64,000 nucleotides of DNA from Octopus sinensis (GCF_006345805.1 NC_043005.1:60202001-60266000), one strand, 5' to 3'; positions 41,142 through 55,879 are shown, numbered from the stretch's first letter. Notes: generated by a model from the letters alone, not told the origin. Made by a program: numbers and translations.

Positions 41142-41889
41142 TGTGTGTGTGTATGTATCTGTATGTGTGCGTTTATGTATATGTGTATATATAAGATATA
41201 TCTGGCATGTGTGTGAGTGTATCTCTATATATATAAAACTGAGAATGTGTGTCTGTCTGTGTTTCCTTAAAACTTGATAACTACACCACCAATTCATTCA
41301 AATTTTACACATGCCTTACTTAGGGTCCGAAGAGTGTCATCGGCAAAACAAAAATGTTCAACTTCTTGCCTAGGGCTAGCCCATAGCAATATCATATCTT
41401 CTCCACTATTTCAGTATTACGCGTTAAAAGTGAAACAGAAACATTTATCTATTTTATGTCAGATACTTTCACTTTAACAATAAAAATTAGAGATAATAAT
41501 AACAATTGCATTATATGTGGTAAGTAATAATTAAAATCAAACTAAAGTATAATATAATCGTAACATAACAAAAGTAAAAATAGCAATTGGTATAAAATTG
41601 CATGAATGACTTGAACTTGAATAAGTGGTTTCACATGAAGGGGAATAAATCAAAAATAAAATTAGCGGGCAGGAATGGAATAGTCCAGATGGAGGTGTGC
41701 AAAAACCGTTTACTACGTCCTTTACATTAGATTATCTGCTAATTAGCTAGCATTAAGTATCTATATGAAGTTTAGCTGTATGTAATGTCTGTTTTCCCGA
41801 ACAGGCGCTCTTACTGAGTACTGCTGTTGGTTTAATTCTTATACATAAAGGACTACGTTATTGTGTTGCATTTGTTAAATAAATGTAAA

Positions 41890-42540
41890 CTGTAACCCTC
41901 CCCCTTTGGGAGAAGGAGCTTTGGTTATTGTTTAAAAATTGAATTGTGTCCCTGTTTGGGGAAATTGTCAATATTTTCACCGTCTAGACGGACGCATTTT
42001 TGTTAGAATGCCTTCCATAGAAGAAAGTTCAAAAATGAATTTCGATGCAGCCGTCGGCGGGCGCGAACTCATTAGGATTAAAATGGAAGAAATACAAACC
42101 TATTTCGGATTGATCACCGACAAAGTCGGCGAATCTAGGATAACACCACCAAACGAAATAAAAAATTGAATTAAAGAAAAGACTATTGTCTATAAAGTAT
42201 ACAATGTAGAGAAAAAAAAATTTGAACACCTGGAGGAAAGCACCATCGAAAAATGTCTTGGTGCGACTATGAAATATATCTAACCATAGGCGATAAATTC
42301 GCCACAATAGAAGCAATTTTCGAGTCAAAGGAGCGTGCAAGGGAGTACTCGACTCGAACCTTGCAAAGTGGAAATATTTTACTTTTACCTTTATATCTGG
42401 GACGTAGGATGTGCCGGATAAAAATTTAAAATGTCCCCCCAGAAGTAGATGTAGGCTGGATTGTAGCCACACTTCTATACAAGAGGGAGGACAAGATACA
42501 ATTGGTCGAAATTGTAAGAGACGGGCCTACAATTCCAGTC
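41890..42540 (+). mobile_element. Decayed ORF1-like segment of an L1/Tx1-type LINE
   Basis: Frameshifted IEAIFESKERAREYST...LLLPLYLGRRMCRIKI.NVPPEVDVGWIVA; assignment is from recall of similar ORF1s. Confidence 0.4.
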
Positions 42541-42612
42541 TGTTATATATTTTGAGTATTGTTATCACTAGCGATATCAAAATACAACTTTGTAGTTTGT
42601 ATTTTATGTGTA

Positions 42613-42694
<82 letters not shown>

Positions 42695-42730
42695 TGTACA
42701 TGTAATATGTACACATATATACACATATAT

Positions 42731-42771
42731 ACTAGCACTATGGCCCGGCAACGACGGGTCATAATGCTAGT
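42731..42771. mobile_element. 41-bp hairpin resembling a minimal Helitron-type end
   Basis: actagcactatggcccg-gcaacga-cgggtcataatgctagt: 17-bp arms with 2 mismatches, ending CTAG-T. Confidence 0.5.
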
Positions 42772-42798
42772 ATATATATATATATATGTATATGTATG

Positions 42799-42847
<49 letters not shown>

Positions 42848-42950
42848 ACGTACACCAATATATATATATATATATATATAGTGGTGTACGATCGATTTAT
42901 ATATACATATATATATATATACATATATATATACACTCACACATATATAC

Positions 42951-43000
<50 letters not shown>

Positions 43001-44135
43001 TCACTTATCCTTGCTGATTCAGCATCCACAGACCGATTGCGATGTATTTACCCCTTGTGAAGGTGGTGAAGCTAAATCCAGCACTGATTTTCAAAAACTA
43101 GAAATATTATTTCTAAATCTCTCTAAAGGAGAGATATGGCAGCAGTACTGATTATTGATATTTATCGCTAAGCTAATGTGGTAGTCCAGAGAAATAGGTT
43201 GAATGCTGCTGTTGATTAGCTCCGAGAGAATATCGCATCTAGCTAGCTATGTCACACACGAATCTACGTCCATAAGACCTTCGAAGAGGAGAGGTCATCA
43301 ACTTCCCCTTACTGGTTCAGCATCCACAGACCACTTTCGGGGTTTTTCCCTTTATCAATATGCATTTGTGCACTTATCGATTTAAGTATGCCGATATGAT
43401 CGTATGTACGTATGTGTACCGATACTTGTATACGTACGAGTGTATCTGAGAAAAACATCCCGTCCTGTTATATGTATAAAGAAAGTGAATGTAAATACGT
43501 TTCTGTTCGTGACTGTAGATATTTAGACCCCACTTTCTTTTTTCTCATTTATTGAAATCGTACAGGACACGTGCGTAAATTAAGCCCATGATGTATTTGT
43601 AAGAATTTTTGTATGTACATTTCTTTGCTGACAAGTCCGTCAGAGGGATGCATCTTCTTACTGCTTTCTCAGACAATATACACACAGGCGTGCGCGCTCT
43701 CAATCATACCTCTAATTGAGAGGAACGTAGATACACTGACTGAAATGTCTCAAAATTGACTGTTTATTGATAAATATTATTGACATTTTGAACAATACTA
43801 GGATGATTTTGATATGTTTATTTAAATATAAGATTAGAAAATTACAAATGAATTCTCATTGGCCCTGCGTCCCAGAATGTTGCTGCTAATTCATATTAAT
43901 GTCTCCAACTAGCGTATGTCGTCGGAAGTGAATGTCAATTTTTATTCCTACCGTTAACATTTTCAGAATAATATTGGTGGATATAATTAGCAGCACCTAA
44001 ATAAAATAAGTGGCTACAGCAATTAGCATTATTTCACCGCCTGTCAAACATTGTGGTAACTGTGACGTTCAGACGTAGCCAATTTCTATTCCACTATTCC
44101 AAGTTTGGTACAATGAAAGACTTGTACAAAATCCG

Positions 44136-44687
<552 letters not shown>

Positions 44688-45063
44688 GATAAAGAAAAAC
44701 GATAATGCTACTTTCTTAAAATAGGGTGTAGTTTGATTTTCTGTATATAAATACATTAAAAGAAGAATGCTTTGCTGTTCTTTTACATATTTCGGGTTTT
44801 GAAAAACTTTATGAAAAATATGTACTAAAATGGAAGAGCTATCAATAAAATTAAATGAAAATTAAAATTAAAATTAACATTCATAGTTTATTTTCCTTTT
44901 CTTCAAGAGCACGTAGTAATTTCCCTTACTTTTCGTGGCATGACAAGTTATACTTTCTGTGACGGCAAATAACTACTATCTGTTTTGGTCAAGATTTGTT
45001 TTCTATACTGTCTGTAGAAGTCGAATAACTAGCTGTAGTAATAATAATAGTCATCGTGGTAAA

Positions 45064-46045
45064 ACGTAACGTATTTCAAAACACTTCTCAATGGAATAAA
45101 AGAAAACCTCCAATTTACGATAGAGTACAACCAGGAACAACTCACGTTCTTAGATATCCTTATTAAGAATGTCGGGAGCAAAATAGCGACACATATCTAC
45201 TACAAACCCACGAACAGTACTTGCTATGTGATTCTTGCCAGGATGAATATCCCATTATGTTTAGGCAAAAAAATATGCACAATAGTATTAGACAAAATAC
45301 CCGTTATACACAACTCCAGGAATTGAAGACCACACTCATCAATAGGAATTATACACAACACTTAATCGACAATACGATCCAACGAGTACTTAAAGACACA
45401 AGAACTTAGACAATCAAGACCAAAGAAGGAAGAAAAATTGAAAATCCTGGCTTACATTTCCACACACAACCCCCCATATAATAATGCAGCCTTCAACACA
45501 ATAATCAACAGAACAGCTCTACTGAGGAGAGATCCAAAGATGAATCAAATCCTCACAACTCACACAATCATCAAAAGTAAGGAACAACCAAAATCAATGA
45601 GAAATATTTTAACCCTGGCCAAATTGCACCCAACAATAACTACACAGCCGACAGTAAAAAAAACGTGCGGGAGACCCAACTGTTGGATCTGTACCTACAT
45701 AATAGAGGTATCAGAATGCGGATTAGAGCAAGGCTATAATTTCACCATAAAAAGTAACTTTACATGTGCATCGGAGAATTTGATTTACTTAATTACGTGC
45801 TCGGGAAGTAAAAGGCAATATATTGGACACACTGAAAGCAGCCTACGTCTGAGGATGGTGATGAACAACTTTCAAATTAAGATTCCGGGATACAGGAAAA
45901 TACCTCTCAGCTAGCACATCAATGAATGTGCATCCAACAAATTTCCCATTATACAAATTCAAAGCAAATGCTAGCCAAAAGAAACGCATTAGCAAGGAAA
46001 TGCATTTCATAAGAAAGTATCGACCGAGACTAAATTATTTACACT
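45064..46045 (+). mobile_element. Penelope-like element (RT thumb and GIY-YIG endonuclease), 5'-truncated and decayed
   Basis: LTFLDILIK...HIYYKPT, YISTHNP, CGRPNCWIC and FTCASENLIYLITC...QYIGHT; ORF 45438-45914. Confidence 0.92.
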
Positions 46046-46324
46046 CGCAACACTGAGATGTTTTTTTTATATATATGTATGTGAATGCATATGTATGTGT
46101 ATACGTGTCTATGTGTGTATATATGTATATATTTTATCTCAGTAGATGACCAGCATCTTGTTTTGGCTACACGCGGGTGGGAAGGGGCTGGTGACACAAT
46201 CGTTTCATTCACAAATTGAATTCGGTGATACTAGTTGCGGATTCTAGCTCGCTCTGATACTGAGTTGAGTTGGTGCCTTCTAGTATCTCAAAATTCAATA
46301 TATAATCATTTATGATTATAGTAT

Positions 46325-46431
46325 TCTACGCTGAAGAGAAAAGAAGTTTCGGTAAGATAGAATTATTTAATATTTAATATTTAATTCTTATGCTTTCCTA
46401 AAAACTTGATTTCGAAACGTACGTCCGTAGA
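46325..46431 (+). ncRNA. Type I hammerhead ribozyme with a long stem II
   Basis: Stem I TCTACG/CGTAGA, core CTGAAGA (46331-37) and GAAA (46414-17), palindromic stem III ACGTACGT, GTC triplet at 46423-46425; lies in the expected 3' region of a Penelope-like element. Confidence 0.85.
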
Positions 46432-46615
46432 TAACTTAAAAATGTATGATAGATTGCCGTCAATTCATTCCCTCTTACCTGTTTGTGTCTGCCTTCCAAT
46501 TGCTGTTTTTACTGAGATCTCCCTTTTTAGTAGAAGAAATAGCTATAACTCTTTGACTGCTATTTCTAAATTCGGTATGTGGTAAGGCAATTCGTTGCTA
46601 AACCCTTTATTGCTT

Positions 46616-46696
<81 letters not shown>

Positions 46697-46711
46697 ATAT
46701 ATATATACATG

Positions 46712-46766
<55 letters not shown>

Positions 46767-47285
46767 ATATGCAAGTTAATCATAAGAAATAAAGACAAGG
46801 GGTCGAAGAACCCGGATTCTATTAAACCCCAGGGGGGGCAACTTCACCACGACGTCTGTTACTGCTGCTAGTTATTCGACTGCTATAGCCACGTCTATAG
46901 AAAACAAGTCTTGACCATACTATTTAATTTACCAAAGCAGAAAATAGTAATTTGCCGTCACAGACAGTATAACTTGTCATGCCACAAAAATTAACGGAAA
47001 TTACTATGTGCAGAAAAAAGGAAAGTAAATAATAAATGTTAATTTCAATTTTAATTTTATATTATTAATAACTCTTTTCTCTATACATATTCCATTTTAG
47101 TACATATTTTTGACAAGGTTTTTCAAAAACTGAAACATGTAAAACAAAACTAAATCATTCTTCTTTTTATGTATTTATATAAAGAAAATTAAAATGCACC
47201 CAATTTTAAGAAGGTAGTATTTTCGTTCTTTTTCATGAATATCTACTTCCTTGTGTGTTACTTTTACACATTTCGTTATACAATA

Positions 47286-47449
47286 AAGCGAACGGCAAAC
47301 TGAAAAATAAGAAATAAGGAAAAAAACAAGAAATCCCCATTCGTATTGCCCGTTTAAAAATATTATCGTCACGATTTCAAAGATACTAAAAATTTGATAA
47401 GCAATTTCTACTGCGTAGTTACTTTCCACCCACTCTGTGTATGTGTGCG

Positions 47450-47485
<36 letters not shown>

Positions 47486-47507
47486 CGCACATACCCACAC
47501 ACACATT

Positions 47508-47539
<32 letters not shown>

Positions 47540-47706
47540 GAGAGAGACAGGTTCGGTGGAATGTAACTACGCATTAGAAATTGCTTATCCCATTTTTAGT
47601 ATCTCTGAAATCGTGACGAAAATATTTTTAAACAGGGCAACACGTATGAGGATTTCTTATTTTTATTATTTTTCTTACTACTTATTTTCCATTTTGCCGT
47701 TCGCTT
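47286..47706. repeat. Inverted pair of about 150-bp Tc1/mariner-like ends around a microsatellite spacer
   Basis: 47286-47438 versus 47547-47706; exact anchor gataagcaatttcta / tagaaattgcttatc. Confidence 0.85.
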
Positions 47707-48139
47707 GACTGATTAGGAGTGAGCCAAGAGAACAGCACCCAGTAATGTGTGGAATTCCATTGTTTTGGCTCAGAGATGATGTTGTACATGGAAAGGTAAG
47801 CATACAACACTACGTCTGGAGGCAGCAAAAAAGTTGTCACGCACAGCCCATGACCATGTGCACTGTTAACGATACAAGGAGATGTGACCGTCCAACCACA
47901 ACGTGGCAACAGTGTAAGAAATGTTAATCGCTCCCGCAAAAATCAACACATCAAGCAGCTGCTAAAAGTTTACTGATAAGACATACAAAACGTGCGGTGT
48001 TGCATAAGGAATTGAATTGTCGTCCGTAGGAACCCCATTACGAGCAGGAGCTAGAGCTTGAAAATTTTCAGCGCAGATGGCCAGAACCCCAAGAAGTCCA
48101 TATCTCAATCCATAAGATATTTACCTATTTATGAGTCTA

Positions 48140-48695
48140 TGTGACAAAATTCCTGAGGTGAGGTTGTGTGTTCAAACAGATATTGTTGTATTTCGGGATG
48201 GTTAATTTTATTTTTATGCATATATATATATTTCATTTTGGGGTTTGGTTTACAAGATTCTTTATGTGAGTTCCTGTGTTAATGCAAACAGATCTGACTG
48301 AAGGCATGTTCGGTTTCCCATGCTGTTTATGGCTTTCGGGAGTTTGGAATCATCTGCAAAGATTTTCAATGTAGAATGTTTGATGACATATACTATGTTG
48401 TTGATGAAGGAGACTGGGCACACCACAGTACATTATGGGACACCACTACTGACGTTAGCTGAGATGGATCATATTCCCTCAAACACATGTTGGGTGCGGT
48501 TTATCAGGAAACACTTTGGTCCACTCTGTCAAATGCCTTGCTGAAATCAAGGTATACGACGTCAGTGTTGGAGCACTCTCCCAAAGATTTAAGATGTCAT
48601 CAAAATGTTGCAGAAGCTGCGACAGGCAGTCCTAACCATCACGGAAACTATGCTGGTTGGGGCTCAGCAGATCGTTGTCTTCAAGGAAGTGAGTT
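48140..48695 (-). mobile_element. CR1/L2-type LINE reverse transcriptase fragment
   Basis: LEDNDLLSPNQHSFRDG*DCLSQLLQHFDDIL, then frameshifted remnants of YLDFSKAFDRVD and GVP. Confidence 0.8.
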
Positions 48696-48746
48696 ACACC
48701 ACACTCTCAAATAATTTATGCATACAGATCTATGTATACACACACA

Positions 48747-48805
<59 letters not shown>

Positions 48806-48999
48806 GTAGAACGTTGAAAAGGAACACACGAGTTGATATATATGAAAAAGAATAAGTTCAGGCACCGATTTCTTTGACTAAAAGGCGGTGTTCCAGTGAA
48901 ATGACTGAAAAACGTAAAACAATAAAAGAATGAAAGAGTATATCCAAATTTGCCAAAACGCTGACACAGTATATCCTTTTTCCAAGCTGAATAAAGTCA

Positions 49000-50350
49000 C
49001 ATCTCCTTCATTGTTGTTGATTGTATCTGTTTCAGTTCCAATATATGATCCCTGGAATCTTATGACATAAATATATAGTTCGTAAATGCAATGTACACAC
49101 CAGTAACCCTTCCATAGCGCTTATGGCACTTATCCCTTATTATTTAGCATTTTCTTTTAGTAATCCAAATCTATTCACCCCAAGCTATATAATGGAACCT
49201 TGTACAGTAGTTGCTGTTTTTTAAATAACTTGCCTTTTTAATTATGATTTACCCAAAATGAAATTTTATGCAGAAAAATATTGTGTAACCTCCGCAGCTC
49301 CAAAATTTTGTCAATTGTATCTCACAAAGATTCAGTTTTTAATATACATTCTGCATGTATTTCTTTCTTCAAATATACAGCTCTAAAGGCATAAATATTT
49401 TCATCCATTTGTATACGTCACTGGTTGCTCCTTTTTGTATTCATATAGACATAGTTTCACTATTGTGAAACCTATTTTTACTTCTATGTAGATATATCTA
49501 AATTATCTAACTTTCATTTACCTTTTTTCACTTAAAATAATGTTTAACTCAAATCTCGGGTCTAAATTATTCCATTGAATATCTACTATATTATTACATT
49601 TGGCATATGCGCTACATTGCTTTAATCGTGGAAGCCTGACTAGCATACATAAAGCAGTATTGATTTCATACACAGTTGCTGTAGTAATAATCCATTTTTG
49701 CTCCAGTAGCTTGCTTGTAATATTATACTAAATGACTATTTTCTCTCCTAAATTCCCCAGTTTGATAACTATTAAATTTTCACATATACGTTGTGTTACT
49801 TAATATGCAATTTTCTGAAAATGTACGGTGAATTGTTTTATTTCTTACATCTAATATATTATCCCTTCCATTAGTTCACCTATTTTAATTCATGCATTCA
49901 CATAGTTGATAATGATCCGCTCTTTCTATATAATCACTTCACCTTGCTTCATGTCACGCCATAGTAAATTTTATTTCTATATATTATATTTAATCTCATT
50001 TACTAAAATATTTTATGTATATTTAATATTTTTATTTTGCTGCTTAATTACTGTTCTCCCTTCATTTTACTGTAGAGCAAGCAGTTTCTAAATTTTTTTT
50101 CTAAATTTCCTTTAGCGCATACATTTCCTAAGTTATACATAAATCTTCCGTCAAATTTAATTGAGCTGATTATCTTAACTAAACCTAACTTTCTGTTTTA
50201 ATTCGCAACTGAGAAAAGAAACTATTTTACACATCATATTCAGTATCTCCTGATTTTCTTTTCGTATATATAAGAATTTTAATGCTACCTTAGTATATTT
50301 AGCTGGAGTTTCTTTTATTTTCCTCTAAATATTACTAAACGCAACATGTA
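49000..50350 (-). mobile_element. Very decayed LINE RT-like remnant
   Basis: T-rich plus strand; weak minus-strand remnants of QAGFR, KAFD and VPQGSILG motifs in RT order. Confidence 0.3.
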
Positions 50351-51579
50351 CACCTCATAGACACAAGTACATTTACGATAACCTTAATTTGTTTCAGTAC
50401 ACTAACAGATATCACTTTTATATATTTTCGTTCCTCGATTCCAATAACATTTAAACCTTTCGTCTCTCATATTACATTTTTTAATTTATTTCATCACAGT
50501 GCATAAGTTCCAATGGAATACATTTGTTTTGTGACTTAGACATGAAGCAAACCTAAAGTAGAGAGGTCATATTAATGAGAAATTCGCAAGGTGATTTCGA
50601 CAACCCAAAACTGATTAATTCACCAAATGTTTAATCGAACCATTGAGTACCAATTGTAAAAATATTATTCTAAACAAGAGTAATAGAACCAGCACGTGTG
50701 TTTATTTTCATTGTCATAAAGACCATCTCGATATGCACCCAAATACGTTTCAACATACGAGTTCACATCAAGTATTTGTCAAACGAAATACACGATTGAA
50801 GTATTAATTTACACGTAGAGTTTTATACAAAACTGTAAGTTTAAACCGAATAAATTCTTCTATAAATAATACTTAACCATCGTAAAATATATTTCCAAAT
50901 ATATCCCCGAACAATACGGCTTTCATCTATATTTATCAAAGTCACCAATTCCATTTTGGTAAGTAATTGTAGGCGTTATTTTATTTTCTAAACCATCTTT
51001 CGCCGTATACGGATGCAACATACTTCAGTGTTGCTTTATAACCGCCAGCTAATTTTCAGATTAACTTTTACTTCCTACTCTTTCCAGATCTCTTCATAAT
51101 GTTCGTTATGAATTATCAATTTCTAAAATCCACTACATTTGTTCCGAATAGCCTAATATGGCTTACTTTAATCATTGCTTCAACATTTGGCACGTGAAAG
51201 TGGAAACTAGAGAGACATCTGTATAGATCAAAAATACTTCTTCCCCACGAAACTGAGAGACATTTTACATAGGTCATGTATCATTTATAAATGTCGATAA
51301 GAACAAAAGCAGTACCTTGATAAGGTTACCAGCGCTATTATCCAAATTACTAGAAGCTAGTAGATTACCGTACAGCACGCAAATAACAAGGAAATTAACA
51401 AAACGACTAGGGATTGTTAAGGAACAAGGAAAGGAATCTAAGTGACCGAATATTGTAGATCGGAATGATAAGGCATCTAGAAATTATCCATTCTATCAAA
51501 TATATTTATTTCTTTATTGTTATTCACACATTTACATGCAGCAAAAAAGTATCACAACAAAACAATATAGCATTTATAC

Positions 51580-52946
<1,367 letters not shown>

Positions 52947-52974
52947 TATATGTGTGTGTGTGTGTACGGATATG

Positions 52975-53150
52975 TACGGAGGCACATGACTTAGTGTTTA
53001 AGATGTTGCAACCTTGATTGTAAAATTGTAGTTTCGATTCCTGGAACGAGCTGTTCAAGGTCTTCTTGTGCAAAACATGCCATTTCACGTTTCTCCAGTC
53101 CACTCAGCTGATCAGAATGAATAATACTGCCAATGATCTGCGTTCCCTCC
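52975..53150 (+). mobile_element. tRNA-derived SINE, family B, decayed
   Basis: gtttcgattcct B box; atttcacgtttctccagtccactcagctg core. Confidence 0.7.
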
Positions 53151-53284
53151 TGGGTGGGTGAAATACGCGTTACAAATTCCAGGAATCTGTGTGTAGGTGT
53201 TTGTGTGTGTAAGTGTTTTGTGTGCACAGGTATATATGTGAATGGATACGTGTATATCTATCTATCTACATGCACATACACACA

Positions 53285-53341
53285 CTCAAGCATATATATA
53301 AATGTGTGTGTGTGTGTCTATATATATATATGTGTGTGTGC

Positions 53342-53380
<39 letters not shown>

Positions 53381-53404
53381 AATATATATATGTGTGTGTA
53401 TATA

Positions 53405-53495
<91 letters not shown>
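53285..53495. repeat. (TG)n/(TA)n microsatellite
   Basis: Direct inspection. Confidence 0.95.
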
Positions 53496-53497
<2 letters not shown>

Positions 53498-54758
53498 TTG
53501 TTGAAATATATTTCAAGATTATTTAAATATTTGCTTTGGATCAGACTATCATACATTAGATTTCTTTTTATCTTGATGTAAATAACCGTTTATTGATATA
53601 TGTTCTATACTCTTTAATATGTTAGATGTTAAAATATAAGCATATCCAGAAGTCTGGTAGGCAATTGATTCGATCACAGCAACGATATAAATGATAATAA
53701 TTTTATCGAAGCTAGAGGAAAGATCTGTAATTCGGTGGTTTTGAAATTGTGAAAATTATAAAGGAAAGTGCGCAAACTAACTTCTGTAACACATTTAGTC
53801 GTCCGACGGTCTCCCGTCTCTGCCAAACGATCACCTTTGAACTACCGTAATAATGATAATAATTATGAATTGACTTATATATTCTTCACTAGTTCAAAGC
53901 ATTTGTCACTTTCGTGCTAATCGATAAAATATTCTTTTTTAAGCTTTAATCTTTATATTACTTCAGGATATGGGAGATTGATTTCATATAATATATCGCA
54001 AAACACAATATCAAATGGCTTACTATGTGTATATGCGTGTATATAGGTTACGCCTATATATTTACACACAAACCCACACATATGTAGGTATGGATAGATG
54101 TATGTATACACACACACATGCACAGAGGCAGACACATACAGATGAACAGACATATCATCACACACACACATATACATATGCATACTATCACACAAACATA
54201 CAACCACATAAATATGATCACGTAGAAATATGTATAAAAATATGAATGTGCGTTTGTCACTAAACGTATATACGGTAATCGAGCATACTGAAAAACCTGT
54301 TCAAGCAAGATGTGTACGGGCAATTTAAGAGGATAGATAGCCAGTTTCAAATGAATCTATTTATCGGACTATTTAACAAGAGAAAGAAAAATTAGAACAT
54401 TATGCTTAAAATCATGAAGCCGTAAAACGATTTGCAAGATATGCTCAAGTCAGAAAGACAAAATTCCGACCAAAGCAGATGTAAAAGCATTACAGATTAA
54501 ATGATGAAATATAAAATGTGTTTCTTAACCAAAATGACAAAGTAATGTTTTTTCTAAAAGCATTATTGTTCTTTAATTTATGCTGAAGCATGAATTTTAT
54601 TTTGGAGTCAGTGACAATGTTATACAAGGTGGCGAACTTCTTAGAGTAAGTTGTATTCATGCAGATAACAGAGTCAGCAAACCATGTAGCATTCTTCATC
54701 ATATATGTTGCAAACACAGACACATATGCATGCCTTTTGCCTCTCGTGCTCTCACCCC

Positions 54759-54799
<41 letters not shown>

Positions 54800-55879
54800 C
54801 CTGTCTCTGACTATCTCACACTCCATGCATTCATGCATAAGCATTCAAATTAACTAATGTTCTGCGAGAAACCTGAACGAAAATCACTTTCCAATTTTTC
54901 ACCCAACCCTTGAAATCGATATCGGTTATCTATTGATTGGTGAATATTTCTGATCACGGAACATCAAGCAGTCTGCAGATATTTATAGTTTTCTTTACAG
55001 AGATAAACAAATATTTGACTTTTAATTTTTAAAATATTATTTCCTTTCCATGTGGCTAAAATCCCTTATGTTCACTAAATGAGATAAACCTTAAATGTTG
55101 CGGTTCCATGCATTTCACATATCGTCAGTATATTCAAACTATTTTCAAGACAGATTTTGCATGTTAACGTTTTCATGATTAATAGAATATTGGCACCGAT
55201 TTTGAGCAACGTTAAAAATATTATGCGACATACATACATGAGAATATCCAACATTATGTTAATATCCTATAATTCTAAGTGCTACGCTGCGTCTGAATTT
55301 AAATGTTTGGTAAAATAATTTGAATTAGAAATCTTTTAAGGAAGGTAATTTTTCTTTTCGAAACGACTAATTCTAAATGCGCTAAAATATTTTATGCCTG
55401 AATTTGATTACTGAAAGTACATGGGAAACGCTACGTAATCTGTAATGTCTAAAAGTATAAAATACAAGATGTCCGAAGATTTGACATTATGCATCTCAAG
55501 TAGAATTTTAAGGATTTTCAAGAATAAGAATTAAATTTTTTTTATTTGTTTCAGTAATGGGGCGGGGGCGGGGGTAAACACAGACACACAATAATATATA
55601 TATATATATATTAATGGCGGTGCCCCAGCATGGCCACAGCTCAAGAGCTGAAACTGGAAAACATAAAAACATAAAAATATATATAAAACACACATTAAGA
55701 GGAATCCATTACACTAGAATCCATTACACTAGAAAGAACATTTAAAGCCCAAGCTGAATAATATATAGTCTATTGACTATTTTCCTTGTACGTTAGGCCA
55801 CTGGTAGTAAAAAAATCCTATAATTCTTATTACCCTGATATTATTATCATTATTATTATTATTATTATATATATATTAT

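Larger units (their letters stand above)
44686..47236. repeat. Pair of about 380-bp inverted repeats (44686-45063 and 46843-47236)
   Basis: Exact anchors: gtggcatgacaagttatact 44935-44954 versus 46966-46985, and aaaaatatgtactaaaatggaa versus 47090-47111. Confidence 0.88.

Noticed and set aside
50600-51300. Possible piggyBac transposase remnant on the minus strand
   Set aside because: Only one loose motif; not supportable.
54589-54645. 57-nt plus-strand micro-exon HEFYFGVSDNVIQGGELLR with an AGA/gtaagt donor
   Set aside because: The acceptor is weak, there is no partner exon, and such matches are expected by chance in 64 kb.
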